Virus genome (UHGV): UHGV-1375844
DNA: 64,000 nt
Direction: 5' to 3' (one strand)
Source: a virus
Shown: one piece after another, positions 36,455 through 46,121 of the stretch
Position numbering within the stretch: position 1 is the first letter of the stretch
Layout: the number at the start of each line of letters is the position of its first letter
Notes under the pieces: generated by a model
Databases searched by the model: none
The model's input: only the letters and a program-made list of their open reading frames with translations
Told to the model about the DNA's origin: nothing
Program-made: the position numbers and the translations under genes

Positions 36455-37351
36455 TTACTTGAGTCCGATTTTCCCCAGACCGGAAGTCAACTTATCCATT
36501 GTCGACCTGTTCTTCGGCTGGTTAACTTTATGGGTCGGTTTGCTGTTTGAACCGGCACCCTGCTTGGCTTCGCTGCGCATCAATGCGTCAGCCTCCGGAT
36601 CAGCACGCAGAATGCGCTCAATCGCGGATTCGAACGGTAACGGCTTACCTTCGCCGTCAACCAGAACTGCACGTTCCTTCTGACCGGCCGGCTTGTCATA
36701 GCCAACAACGCTACCGTCTTCACCCACTTCAAAATGAGAGCCGTAGATAACGCGTGCTTTTGCCGGTGTCATCAGAACCTTTTCACGCAGGAAGGTAGAG
36801 CCGCTGAATGACGCGCCGACAGTCATTTCGACCAGCTGGGCTTTTAAGGCGGCGTTTTCACTCTCCAAAGCGGAGAATCGTTCGTCACGCTGTGCCAGCT
36901 CATGCTGATGCGCTTCGATCATCTGCTTTTTGACAGCGTCGAACTCGCCTCGGCGTTCCAGTTCAGCTTGCTCCGCCTCACGGCGTGCATTTTCTGCGGC
37001 TTGTTCAGCTTCCAGAAGCTGACGAGCACGCGCCGGGTCAATGTCACCGTACTGAGCAAGCTGATCGGATAAAGAGCGCTCTTTTTCCTTGCGCTTCATA
37101 TTCTCTTTCAGCAGGTCAGCGCCAGCTTTCTTAGACTTACGCAGTTCGGCCAGCAACTCTTCAGGAGTCAAACCAGCTAAATCGTCGTCTTCACCCTTCG
37201 GCTGCTCTTTTTGCTCACCCTGTTTGCCTGGGTCTTGAGTACCCTGCTCGTTATCACCAGCAGGAGCACCAGCACCTGCGCCGCCACGCTCATGCGATTC
37301 GGCTACATCCATCAGGCCACGACGGGCCATAAGCATTTGCCACAGATTCAT
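36455..37351 (-). CDS. scaffolding protein
   Basis: 298 aa, highly charged coiled-coil-like, between portal and capsid genes. Confidence 0.55.
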   Translation of the reverse strand: MNLWQMLMARRGLMDVAESHERGGAGAGAPAGDNEQGTQDPGKQGEQKEQPKGEDDDLAGLTPEELLAELRKSKKAGADLLKENMKRKEKERSLSDQLAQYGDIDPARARQLLEAEQAAENARREAEQAELERRGEFDAVKKQMIEAHQHELAQRDERFSALESENAALKAQLVEMTVGASFSGSTFLREKVLMTPAKARVIYGSHFEVGEDGSVVGYDKPAGQKERAVLVDGEGKPLPFESAIERILRADPEADALMRSEAKQGAGSNSKPTHKVNQPKNRSTMDKLTSGLGKIGLK

Positions 37352-37372
37352 AGAAATTCCTTTTGTTACTTA

Positions 37373-38947
37373 TCACTCGGTCTCTTGAGTAGATGAGTCC
37401 CCATTCCCTCGGGGTTGATCTTGCCCGCTCTCTTGGGCTGCATCTCGATCATAAGTAAGTACTGACTTATTTTCAAGGGTGTTTAGATCATTTTTTAGAG
37501 GAAATTTCAAGAGGTCTTTATCAAATTCCTTTTTCATCGCTTCGGAAATGTTAGGGAAGACTTTCTCGATAAGCATTTCCATCTGGTGCCGACGAACAGA
37601 ATCTGGCGCCTGCAGCAATGCGAGTTTCTCAGCAACAGCAAATTCGTCAGTCAGCCCGCGAATATCGAAACTCTCCGGGTAAGCAATTAAAGAGTGGTCT
37701 TCGTCCAGTTCGACACCCATCCACTTCGCGGCCAGCATCATCATTTGGCGCTCGGCTCTTTCGAGACGTTCAGCCTTTGTCACCAGCAGACTGTTAACTC
37801 TCTGGAAGTCGTACATTTTGGCTGCGCCTGATGAGTTATCGATACCCTGCGCGTTATCCTGCTTGGTTCGCTCTCCTGCAACACCAACGGAGTGGTAGAT
37901 CTCATTAATCACGGTCTTAATCGTGGTAATGATCATCTGCGCTTGTTTTGGGTCAGGCGAAAGGTAAAACGGCTGGTTCCCGCCCTCGGAATCGTAGGTG
38001 AAAACACGCTTCGTCCCCATCTCCAGCACCTTGTCGTGATTTTCATCGCCCGGCAGTAGAGACTGAACAGGGATAGCAAGCTGGCTAAATGTCTGATCCT
38101 GAATGATGGCGTCCAGGTTCGAGAGATAGTTAGCGACGGCCCGATCGAGATAGGCAATATCATCAATGAGTGACGGGCTGAAATAAGGTGATTCACTTTC
38201 CCCGATGCAATCTACCGGGAATACCGGTACCGCGCCCAACTTGTGCTCACCGTAGTCCTCCAGCACGACTTTTGCCTGCCTGCGACCTGCGCCACCGGAA
38301 CTCTTTTTCACCTCTTCACGGAAGAGATACCATTCATTTTGTGTCCATAGACGATAACGCTGGTATTCCTGACCAGTTGAGGTGAAAGGGTCCGTATCGT
38401 CACGCGCAATTTCTACGATCAGCGCCCACAGCATATTGCCATCTTCGTCCCAGGCCACATCAAGCAGCTGCTGCGGCGAAATCCAGTAGGCATAGGCTCG
38501 CGCCCCCTTCTGTTTCTCGTCAGCAACGGACTCAACGTCACCGTTCATTGTGCTATCGACCACAACCCAGATGCGGCCGTAAATAGACGACTGAAGATCG
38601 ATTGCCGCCATGAACGCATCAATGGAAGCATTCTGCCGTGTGGCTCGTTTCCAGAAATTGCGGATCTGCTCGGGCGCCTCTTCGATATTGCGATGAATAT
38701 CCTCTTTGAAGAGATATTTGTTGATCAGGTTTACCACTTCGCGAGTGTGGTTAAAGCGATACGCTCGCTCAAGGCGCTCCTTGAACTCCTGATCACCCTC
38801 TTTGAAGTAACGAAAGATATTTTCGCTGAACCAGGCTCGCCCGCCAGCGTAAGTGCTGGCGAGAAAATCCCAATGTTCTTTTTTCTTCTCATATTCGGGG
38901 TGGCGCCGGGCCACCAGATCTTTGATTTGCTTATCAGTCAATTCCAT
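37373..38947 (-). CDS. portal protein
   Basis: 524 aa directly downstream of terminase large subunit. Confidence 0.7.
   Translation of the reverse strand: MELTDKQIKDLVARRHPEYEKKKEHWDFLASTYAGGRAWFSENIFRYFKEGDQEFKERLERAYRFNHTREVVNLINKYLFKEDIHRNIEEAPEQIRNFWKRATRQNASIDAFMAAIDLQSSIYGRIWVVVDSTMNGDVESVADEKQKGARAYAYWISPQQLLDVAWDEDGNMLWALIVEIARDDTDPFTSTGQEYQRYRLWTQNEWYLFREEVKKSSGGAGRRQAKVVLEDYGEHKLGAVPVFPVDCIGESESPYFSPSLIDDIAYLDRAVANYLSNLDAIIQDQTFSQLAIPVQSLLPGDENHDKVLEMGTKRVFTYDSEGGNQPFYLSPDPKQAQMIITTIKTVINEIYHSVGVAGERTKQDNAQGIDNSSGAAKMYDFQRVNSLLVTKAERLERAERQMMMLAAKWMGVELDEDHSLIAYPESFDIRGLTDEFAVAEKLALLQAPDSVRRHQMEMLIEKVFPNISEAMKKEFDKDLLKFPLKNDLNTLENKSVLTYDRDAAQESGQDQPRGNGDSSTQETE
37451..37470. promoter_or_regulatory. 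motif A palindrome copy inside portal 3' coding region
   Basis: ATAAGTAAGTACTGACTTAT about 100 nt upstream of scaffold start. Confidence 0.4.
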
Positions 38948-38963
38948 TTGCTTTACTCTCCTG

Positions 38964-38983
38964 ATAGGTAAGCACTTACTTAT
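38964..38983. promoter_or_regulatory. motif A palindrome copy
   Basis: ATAGGTAAGCACTTACTTAT spans terminase large subunit stop; AGGAGA RBS and portal ATG follow. Confidence 0.5.
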
Positions 38984-40242
38984 CTTGATCCGCCAAGAAT
39001 AACACGATTTTTAACCGGATACCTACGATGAACTGGATAACCTAATGCATCCGCGCTGTGCTCAATGCCACCACTCTTATCCATATCCCGTGAGCCAGGT
39101 TTATAAATTACTTTTTCAAGCGAATCGATAAGGTGTTTGCATTTCGGGTCGATATAAAGCCGCGTTTCGCCAGATGCGCTTAACAGCATACGGTTTACGG
39201 CATTCACACGATCCGCTATTGGCGGGTGCTTCTTCGGAAAATCAACCCGTAGAAAACCCTTTTCCTTAAAAATGTCTACGTCTGACTCACCACGAGCGTG
39301 CTGACGATACGCGCCGGCAGGGTCGGGGAAAATGGTCACATGTGATTTCCATCGCCAGTAACGGCGCTCCAGCTCATCACACACTTCTGCCGTGTTGGAT
39401 GAGAAAAGCACCAACTCGTCAACCGCCCACAACTCGCCATTTGGCTGTGGCTGGAGAATGACAGAAGACATCGGATCGATGTTGAAGTCCTGACCAACCC
39501 AGATCGGCAGCTTTGGATTGAACTGCAACGGCTTCACATGCACGCTTCGGTCGAAAGGATAGTAAACACGACCGGACATGTTTTCGAAGCTGGCCAGGTA
39601 CTCCTGAGCGAACGACTTAGGGTCCATATCATTCTTCGCGGCTTCGATTTCAGCGGTCGGAACAAACGGAGAGTCAGCAGTAACAAACTGCCAGCTCTTC
39701 CACTGGCCTTTACGCTGTAGCTCTTTGTTCTGGCCGATCGTCCACAGCTTATGGAACTCAGAGAAGCCTTTCGGCGTACCGATGATCAGCGCCCCGCCCC
39801 GGGTGGATGACAACGTCGGTCGAAGAACCTTATACCAGGTGTCCGGCTTCATATCCTGAAACTCGTCGAGTACCACGAAGTGAAGCGCAACACCACGGAG
39901 CGTATCGGGCTTATCGGCGCCTTTGAGCGCGATCTCAGAGCCGTTCTTCAGCACGATTGTCATCGTGGTATCGTTTTTCTTACGAATCCATTTCCGGGGT
40001 AAAACTTCCTGCAGGTCATCCCACAAAATCTGGCGTGCCATCTGATAAGTCGGCGCGACATACCAGACACGTTGTTTTTTCTCTTTGGCCGCGGCTCGGA
40101 TAATGGTGGAAATCGACAACCGGGATTTACCCCAGCGTCGACCCGCACATACCACCTTGAATCGATGTGGCGACTGGAAGACTTTCATCTGTCCAGAATG
40201 CAGCTGTACGAGACTCAGAGACGACGGGATGCTCATAATCAA
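38980..40242 (-). CDS. terminase large subunit
   Basis: Walker A CAGRRWGKS, Walker B VVLDEFQ, 420 aa. Confidence 0.85.
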   Translation of the reverse strand: MIMSIPSSLSLVQLHSGQMKVFQSPHRFKVVCAGRRWGKSRLSISTIIRAAAKEKKQRVWYVAPTYQMARQILWDDLQEVLPRKWIRKKNDTTMTIVLKNGSEIALKGADKPDTLRGVALHFVVLDEFQDMKPDTWYKVLRPTLSSTRGGALIIGTPKGFSEFHKLWTIGQNKELQRKGQWKSWQFVTADSPFVPTAEIEAAKNDMDPKSFAQEYLASFENMSGRVYYPFDRSVHVKPLQFNPKLPIWVGQDFNIDPMSSVILQPQPNGELWAVDELVLFSSNTAEVCDELERRYWRWKSHVTIFPDPAGAYRQHARGESDVDIFKEKGFLRVDFPKKHPPIADRVNAVNRMLLSASGETRLYIDPKCKHLIDSLEKVIYKPGSRDMDKSGGIEHSADALGYPVHRRYPVKNRVILGGSR

Positions 40243-40880
40243 ACACTCCCATCACTTTCATCGTCCGACGCGTCAGAATCGATTTCAGCTTCGCTCAGCG
40301 CTTCCTCTTCCAGCGACTCAAGCAGTTCATCATCGATCAACTCAGGCTCATCGTCTTCCTTACGCAGCTGCGCAACCTGTGAAGGTGTAAGTTCGCCAAA
40401 CACCAGGTTCGGAATTTCATCTTCCTCATTTTCGGCGCGATCCATGCCGAGCGCTTTCGAAGAGATTTCGAAGCACTTGGCCAGTGTGCCGCTGGCTCGC
40501 TGGAGACTTTTAAGGTCATCTTCTATAGCTGCGAGAGGTCTGCCATCCTTTTTGGCAGTGGCAACTTCGTGCATGACCATGCGCCCGAGTGCAAACGCCC
40601 AATCGTCGTAGCGAGTACGCCGCTCTTCAATTTTGTCTGCTCTCGCTTTGGCACGAAGCTCCGCATCGGATTTGAGCGATTCGCGAACCATCTTTCCAAC
40701 AGAGTCAGCGCCCTTCTCTAATCCACGCTTTTTGAAATGTCTGGAGAGCGTTTCACGACGAATGCCGTACTCTTCCTCCAGTTTTGAGAGCGTATACTCG
40801 CCTGAAGTCCACTTCGCTTCGGCTTCTGCCCACTCAGCTGGCGTCAGGCGAGTTTTGGTCTCGTCTTTTTCTACCGTCAT
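40239..40880 (-). CDS. terminase small subunit
   Basis: 213 aa with N-terminal HTH-like segment and acidic C-terminus; overlaps large-subunit start by 4 nt. Confidence 0.6.
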   Translation of the reverse strand: MTVEKDETKTRLTPAEWAEAEAKWTSGEYTLSKLEEEYGIRRETLSRHFKKRGLEKGADSVGKMVRESLKSDAELRAKARADKIEERRTRYDDWAFALGRMVMHEVATAKKDGRPLAAIEDDLKSLQRASGTLAKCFEISSKALGMDRAENEEDEIPNLVFGELTPSQVAQLRKEDDEPELIDDELLESLEEEALSEAEIDSDASDDESDGSV

Positions 40881-40920
40881 AGATCCCTCTAAAACACGCA
40901 GAGCGCATCCTTGCGCCCTC

Positions 40921-40965
40921 TAAACAATTTGTTTAAATCTCTGTCTAACCAATTTGTTTTCTGGG
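40921..40965. promoter_or_regulatory. motif B copies (two half-elements) upstream of terminase small subunit
   Basis: TAAACAATTTGTTTAAA and AACCAATTTGTTTTCTGG. Confidence 0.45.
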
Positions 40966-40994
40966 TGGTTTATCAAAACTTGAGAGTTGCAGAA

Positions 40995-41049
40995 CCTGCT
41001 TCCGTATATAATTAATAAGTGACTTAATATTTATTTATACGGAAGCAGG
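40995..41049. repeat. long inverted repeat H2 (about 20 bp arms)
   Basis: CCTGCTTCCGTATATAA ... TTATACGGAAGCAGG; arms nearly identical to H1 at 6937..6990. Confidence 0.7.
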
Positions 41050-41074
41050 CTCCACATCTGACTCCCAGACCTGC

Positions 41075-41341
41075 TTACATCACCAGTAACTTGGCCCTTG
41101 CTCGACCCAATGCAGTCAGCCCCAGCGTGCGGCGGTGATAGCCTGAATCCCCGCGCTGCCGACACATTCCCTTCTCCACCAGCCCCTTTTTCACCAGTGC
41201 GCGGATAGAGAACTGCATACTCTGCTTGGTCGTTTTGTACGGCAGGACTTCAAGCAGCTCGTCCAGATCAAGCAGATTCCCTCGCTCGTGCCCTAAATTG
41301 ATGGTTTTAATGATGTCTTTCTGTTTGTCGGTCAAAGTCAT
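41075..41341 (-). CDS. small winged-helix-like DNA-binding protein
   Basis: 88 aa basic protein; last gene of the coupled operon. Confidence 0.4.
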   Translation of the reverse strand: MTLTDKQKDIIKTINLGHERGNLLDLDELLEVLPYKTTKQSMQFSIRALVKKGLVEKGMCRQRGDSGYHRRTLGLTALGRARAKLLVM

Positions 41342-41350
41342 GGCAAATCC

Positions 41351-42250
41351 TTATGCCGGTAAAGCAATTTCAAGTGGTTTATCCAAAGGCTGTTTGTCGA
41401 ACGCCAGCAGCGGCAGAGTTTCTGGCAACGAGCGACCAAAATCCGGGTTGCGGTACACCCCATATAACGGTGAGGTGAAGCTCAGGTTATGAATATCTTT
41501 GAGTAGCTTCACGATGCTGGCTTCATCCACCAGGCTGTCGGCAATATCCTGAATGGTAGTGCCTCGGTTACGCCCGGCTTTGGCCAGTGAACTGTTCTTG
41601 TGGTAGTCGGCAACCAGATCACGCAGCGCACGACGACGGCGAGATTCGCTCATGGCGAACAGCTCTTTGACGATCGCTTCGTTGTCGCCAGGGTCGGAAC
41701 GAAAATGACGCTGGAAGACGCGCAGCGCACTCTCATAGCTCTTCGGACGCTCCGGACGGATGAACTGGAACCCTGCTTTCATGGCGAACGGGTTGTATTT
41801 GCTCATCGATGACTGGATCTCGATGATTGGCCGGTCATGCATCCTGCTAACCAGGTTAATCATTCGATAGGAGACGCCGACACCGCGATACTGCGTATCC
41901 ACTACAGAACGGCTGATCACTGCAAAGTTATTGTTCACGTACCGGCCCCAATACTGGTTGGCCACAGTGGTATTGGTCGTTGGCTTCAGCTTAGGAAACA
42001 TGCGATGGCGAGGTGCCAGTAGAAGTTTCGGATAGGCCATGACCACGACGCCCACCAGCCGGCCGTCCAGCTCGCAGCGATAATACGTGGGCGCGAACGG
42101 TTTACCGTCCGTCTTGTAGTGCAGCGACTTCAGCGCGTGCCAGTCTTCAACAGTGCCTTTGGATACGGTCATTCGTTCCAGAAAGTCCAGATGCCGCGGG
42201 AACTCTTCCGGACGGTAGCGTTTGATGATGATGTCTGCCATGTCGATCAC
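41351..42250 (-). CDS. GNAT-like fold protein (tentative)
   Basis: 299 aa; segment AVISRSVVDTQYRGVGVSYRMINLV resembles GNAT motif A. Confidence 0.35.
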   Translation of the reverse strand: MIDMADIIIKRYRPEEFPRHLDFLERMTVSKGTVEDWHALKSLHYKTDGKPFAPTYYRCELDGRLVGVVVMAYPKLLLAPRHRMFPKLKPTTNTTVANQYWGRYVNNNFAVISRSVVDTQYRGVGVSYRMINLVSRMHDRPIIEIQSSMSKYNPFAMKAGFQFIRPERPKSYESALRVFQRHFRSDPGDNEAIVKELFAMSESRRRRALRDLVADYHKNSSLAKAGRNRGTTIQDIADSLVDEASIVKLLKDIHNLSFTSPLYGVYRNPDFGRSLPETLPLLAFDKQPLDKPLEIALPA

Positions 42251-42501
42251 CTGCGCTCGATATTGGCATTAATGAAATCCAGGCGAAGAGATTCCATCGC
42301 TCCCACCATGACATACGGGCGCCCGCCGTTATGCCAGCAATCAAGAACACTGCCGTCATTGTTGATCATCAGCAGCGCCAGGCTCTGGCTTTTGCCTTCT
42401 CTGGCGTACTGAAGTGCTTCTTCCAGCAGGCGGATGACTTCAACGTTATTGTTGTCAGCCTCTTTCGATGGCTTCAGCTCTACGATCTTCAAATCAGGCA
42501 T
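42247..42501 (-). CDS. hypothetical protein (84 aa)
   Basis: Coupled by overlaps to both neighbours. Confidence 0.4.
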   Translation of the reverse strand: MPDLKIVELKPSKEADNNNVEVIRLLEEALQYAREGKSQSLALLMINNDGSVLDCWHNGGRPYVMVGAMESLRLDFINANIERR

Positions 42502-43132
42502 ATTCCACCTTCACGCGTTCTTTGTAGTGCTTGGTGATCTGCATATCCGGCCGCAGGGCGTTCTTCAGATCTTCGTGTGTCGTCGCCACCATTACCGTCG
42601 CGCCAACCTTACGAGCGGCACGCTGGAGGTTCGACGCAACAACCTGAGCGGTTACACGGTCGAGTACGGCACCAAATTCGTCGGCCGCCCACACTTTCGC
42701 GCCGGACTCGATTAGCTTGGCGATTTTGAGACGGTATTTCTGGCCGTCAGACATTTCGGATGGCTTGCGCACAAAGAGATAGGCGTCATTCAATCCGGCC
42801 ATAGACAACAGCCCCAGCGCTTCGCTGGTGGTTTTGCCCAGCTGGTCGATGACGTTAACCTCATTGTCGAAAGCAAAATCATCGATTGAGGCCACAGAAA
42901 GACCTTCATCCTTCATCTGGCGTTGCAGCTCGCGCAGCACAACGGATTTGCCTGAACCGGATTGTCCGGTGATGTACACAACATCACCCTGCTTCACTTC
43001 CAGCTCCAGATTGTCGTAAAGCGTCCACTCTTTTTCGTCCAGACCAAGACCGAACGATTCGGCAATTTCCAGCGTTCGCGTGGTTTTGTTCACGCGGGTC
43101 TGGAACGACACGTTGATGGTGTACTTACTCAT
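42494..43132 (-). CDS. ABC-type ATPase, nucleotide-binding domain only
   Basis: Walker A GQSGSGKS, signature-like MSDGQKYRL, Walker B VWAADEFG, H-loop ATTHED; 212 aa, no membrane domain. Confidence 0.65.
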   Translation of the reverse strand: MSKYTINVSFQTRVNKTTRTLEIAESFGLGLDEKEWTLYDNLELEVKQGDVVYITGQSGSGKSVVLRELQRQMKDEGLSVASIDDFAFDNEVNVIDQLGKTTSEALGLLSMAGLNDAYLFVRKPSEMSDGQKYRLKIAKLIESGAKVWAADEFGAVLDRVTAQVVASNLQRAARKVGATVMVATTHEDLKNALRPDMQITKHYKERVKVEYA

Positions 43133-43830
43133 GCAGCCAGCTCCCCGGAGGACACTTTCTCCGCATACGCCACGAAAGCGTTCACCCCGCGCTCTCCCGT
43201 GATTTCTTCCATGTGGGCGAGCAAATCCCCAACCACAATGGCAGAGCCAGCAGGAAGCGTTTTAAAGCCCAATACGTCGATGACACGGACTTCTTCAGCG
43301 GCCACTTCGCGACTGATCTCGGTGTGCTCTTCTTTCTGGCGTTCCGTCTCTTCGCCCAGATCGAGCACCAGAGAGCCGGTTTCCATCTCTTCGGTCATGC
43401 TGCCGACAAGCACATTCAGTTCACGCTCTTCAAAACCGAAGACCTCGACGTCGCCCAGCACCAGGGATTCCAGTTCCTGCTGCAATTTGATGGCGTCGTA
43501 ATCGATACTGGCAAGGCGGTTGTCTTCCAGACGCTTCGCCTTCACCTCTTCTTCATTCAGATCGTCGCGAACAATGACCGGCACACGCTCCAGACCAGCC
43601 AGAAGCGCCGCCTCGCGACGACCATGACCAGTAATGATGACGCCGTTCTTGTCGATCGTGATCGGCTGGTCAAAACCGCGCTTTTTGATGGCGGCAGCCA
43701 GATCGCGGATCTGCTGTTCATCATGTTTTTTGGCGTTCATCTCATACGGGATGAGTTCAGCCGGGTTTCGATAGACGATTTCAAAGTTCTTGGTCATTAC
43801 ATACGCTCCTTGTAGTAGTCGACCAGCCAC
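43129..43830 (-). CDS. ParB-like nuclease-domain protein
   Basis: ParB/Srx-like N-terminal region (ITGHGRREAALLAGLERVPVIV), acidic C-terminus. Confidence 0.55.
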   Translation of the reverse strand: MAGRLLQGAYVMTKNFEIVYRNPAELIPYEMNAKKHDEQQIRDLAAAIKKRGFDQPITIDKNGVIITGHGRREAALLAGLERVPVIVRDDLNEEEVKAKRLEDNRLASIDYDAIKLQQELESLVLGDVEVFGFEERELNVLVGSMTEEMETGSLVLDLGEETERQKEEHTEISREVAAEEVRVIDVLGFKTLPAGSAIVVGDLLAHMEEITGERGVNAFVAYAEKVSSGELAA

Positions 43831-44495
43831 ACCAGGGCTTCCCCGGCGTTCTCCATTTCGTTACCGGTGTTGATCCCCTGCTCTTTGATGATGGTTTTGA
43901 TGGTGTCGGCGACGCGATCTGACGCATCAAACGTCACTTTGAAGCGCATCGTCTGGTGTTCTGCGCCAACACGCTCCGTTTTCTCGCGGCGATCGTCGTC
44001 AGCTGGCTCATCATCGCCGCGGGAAAGCGCTTCCAGCGCTTCGAGATCAATGGCAGAGGCTTTGGCAAGGGTGGCCGCCATTTCATCGTCATAGGGGGCA
44101 ATATCGGAAAGCCGGTAGTCGATTTCAGACTGGATTTCTTCGATCAGTCGCTGCAAAGCGATCTGATCGTCTTCGCCGTAACGTTCGTTATCGACAAGTG
44201 ACATCTGCTTGGCCACCAGGTCGTTGATTTTGCCAACCGAGATGACAGGAACAGTCGAAATTCCCTGCTCTATCGCAGCCCGCCAGCGATGTTCGCCGCC
44301 GAGGATCTGGAAAGTGCCACCGTCCAGCTCACGGGCCAAAATTGGCTTAAAAAAGCCCAGCTTCTCGATAGAACCTTTCAGTTTTTCGAAGTTTTGCGCC
44401 CCCACCGAGTTGGTGTTCCAGGGATTCGGACACAGTTTCGCAACTTCAACCTGCAAAATCGTAATTTTCACATCCATTTTCTTGATACAATCCAT
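43797..44495 (-). CDS. ParB-like nuclease-domain protein
   Basis: Classic ParB box GGEHRWRAA; first gene of operon. Confidence 0.65.
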   Translation of the reverse strand: MDCIKKMDVKITILQVEVAKLCPNPWNTNSVGAQNFEKLKGSIEKLGFFKPILARELDGGTFQILGGEHRWRAAIEQGISTVPVISVGKINDLVAKQMSLVDNERYGEDDQIALQRLIEEIQSEIDYRLSDIAPYDDEMAATLAKASAIDLEALEALSRGDDEPADDDRREKTERVGAEHQTMRFKVTFDASDRVADTIKTIIKEQGINTGNEMENAGEALVWLVDYYKERM

Positions 44496-44497
44496 TG

Positions 44498-44514
44498 TAT
44501 AAGTACTTACTTAT
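44498..44514. promoter_or_regulatory. motif A palindrome copy in divergent control region
   Basis: TATAAGTACTTACTTAT between minus-strand operon start (44495) and plus-strand helicase (44560). Confidence 0.45.
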
Positions 44515-44559
44515 TATAATAGCCAATTAACACACAAAAGGCACGAAGGAAAGAGGTTT

Positions 44560-46119
44560 ATGACAGTTCGTATTGTATCGAATGCCGTCAATGCACTTAT
44601 TTCGGGTGCAGATGACAATGTAAAAAGGCTCGTTCAGGAAATGTTGAGCTACGAAGTAGAGGCTGGTGACTGGAAAGGCACCAGCACGATGTTCAACTGG
44701 AGCAAAAATGCGTTCCCGGCCGGCTTCGCCAAGCCAGTGGCAGCCAACCTTCTCAAAGCGGGCATCAAATGCGTCCACGTTCGTAAGGATAAAGCGACGC
44801 CGCTTGGCAAGCCTAATCCAGTCGTTAATCCGTTTCCGTACAACCCAGACTATGCCTATCAAGATCAGACTGTCGAAACGCTCGTTCGCGAGGGGATGAT
44901 GATCGCGCAAATTGCGACAGGGGGCGGGAAGTCTAACGTAGCGTGTAAAGCAGCAGCACGTATTGGGCGAATGACGTTGTTTTTAACCACGCGTTCTGTT
45001 TTGATGTTCCAGATGGCTGAAAATTTCCAAAAATCTATCGATTATCGAGCTGAAAACGGAGAACCGTGGCTTAAAGGCCAGAAGGTGGGCGTAATAGGAT
45101 CTGGTCAGTGTCAGGTTTCACGCCATATCAACGTCGCAACGGTGCAAACCCTGGCCAGCTTCCTTGAAGAACCGCCACGCGATGCTTCACCGGAAAAGAG
45201 GAATCACCACCTTAGACGTCAGGGGCTTGTTAAGCGGTTCCTTTCCAGCGTTTCCCTCCTGATTCTGGAAGAAGCCCACGAATCATCAGGCTCCAATTTC
45301 TACGATATAGCGCGGTTATGCATTAATGCTGATTATCGACTGGCTCTGACAGCTACACCGTTCATGAAGGATTCGACGGAAGCGAACATGCGTCTCATGG
45401 CAGTGGCCGGGCGAATTGAGATCAAAGTCACCGAAAAATACTTGATCGACCGAGGTATTTTAGCAAAGCCCTACTTTCTTTATCATAAGATCTCGTACAC
45501 TCCGGATGAGGTACGAATCCGGGCCGAACTAGCTTCAAAACATCTCAATTTCAGGGTCGGAATGAGCACTGCGTATCAGAAAGCCTATCAATTAGGTATT
45601 GTCTACAATCTGGCTCGCAACGAAGCCATTGTGCGTGAGGCGCTCATGTACAAAAGCCACGGCCTGAACTGTATGACACTGGTGCGTCTGAAAAGGCATG
45701 GACAGATCCTGATGGAAATGATGAGAGAGAGCGGCCTTAACGTCGACTTTATCTATGGGGAGTCAAATCAGTCTACCCGGCAAGCCAAACTGAGCAGCTT
45801 AGCGGCAGGCAAGATAGACGTTTTGATTGGCTCAACCATACTGGATGTAGGCGTCGACGTTCCTAGCGTCGGGGCGGTAATTCTGGGTGGTGGAGGAAAG
45901 GCCGAAGTTGAAATGCGTCAGCGCGTAGGACGTGGCCTTCGAGCCAAAAAAAATCAGGCGAATGTGTGTTTTGTTACCGACTTCATCGATGTGAGCAACA
46001 AATATCTCATGTCGCACTCATATGAACGGAAAAACATCATCGACACTACGCCTGGGTTTGCCGAGGGCGTATTGCCAGTGGGTAGCACCTTCGATTTTAC
46101 TGTTTTAAATAGAGAGTAA
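44560..46119 (+). CDS. superfamily 2 DNA/RNA helicase (DEAH-box)
   Basis: Walker A ATGGGKS, motif II LEEAHE, motif VI QRVGRGLR. Confidence 0.75.
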   Translation: MTVRIVSNAVNALISGADDNVKRLVQEMLSYEVEAGDWKGTSTMFNWSKNAFPAGFAKPVAANLLKAGIKCVHVRKDKATPLGKPNPVVNPFPYNPDYAYQDQTVETLVREGMMIAQIATGGGKSNVACKAAARIGRMTLFLTTRSVLMFQMAENFQKSIDYRAENGEPWLKGQKVGVIGSGQCQVSRHINVATVQTLASFLEEPPRDASPEKRNHHLRRQGLVKRFLSSVSLLILEEAHESSGSNFYDIARLCINADYRLALTATPFMKDSTEANMRLMAVAGRIEIKVTEKYLIDRGILAKPYFLYHKISYTPDEVRIRAELASKHLNFRVGMSTAYQKAYQLGIVYNLARNEAIVREALMYKSHGLNCMTLVRLKRHGQILMEMMRESGLNVDFIYGESNQSTRQAKLSSLAAGKIDVLIGSTILDVGVDVPSVGAVILGGGGKAEVEMRQRVGRGLRAKKNQANVCFVTDFIDVSNKYLMSHSYERKNIIDTTPGFAEGVLPVGSTFDFTVLNRE

Positions 46120-46121
46120 TA

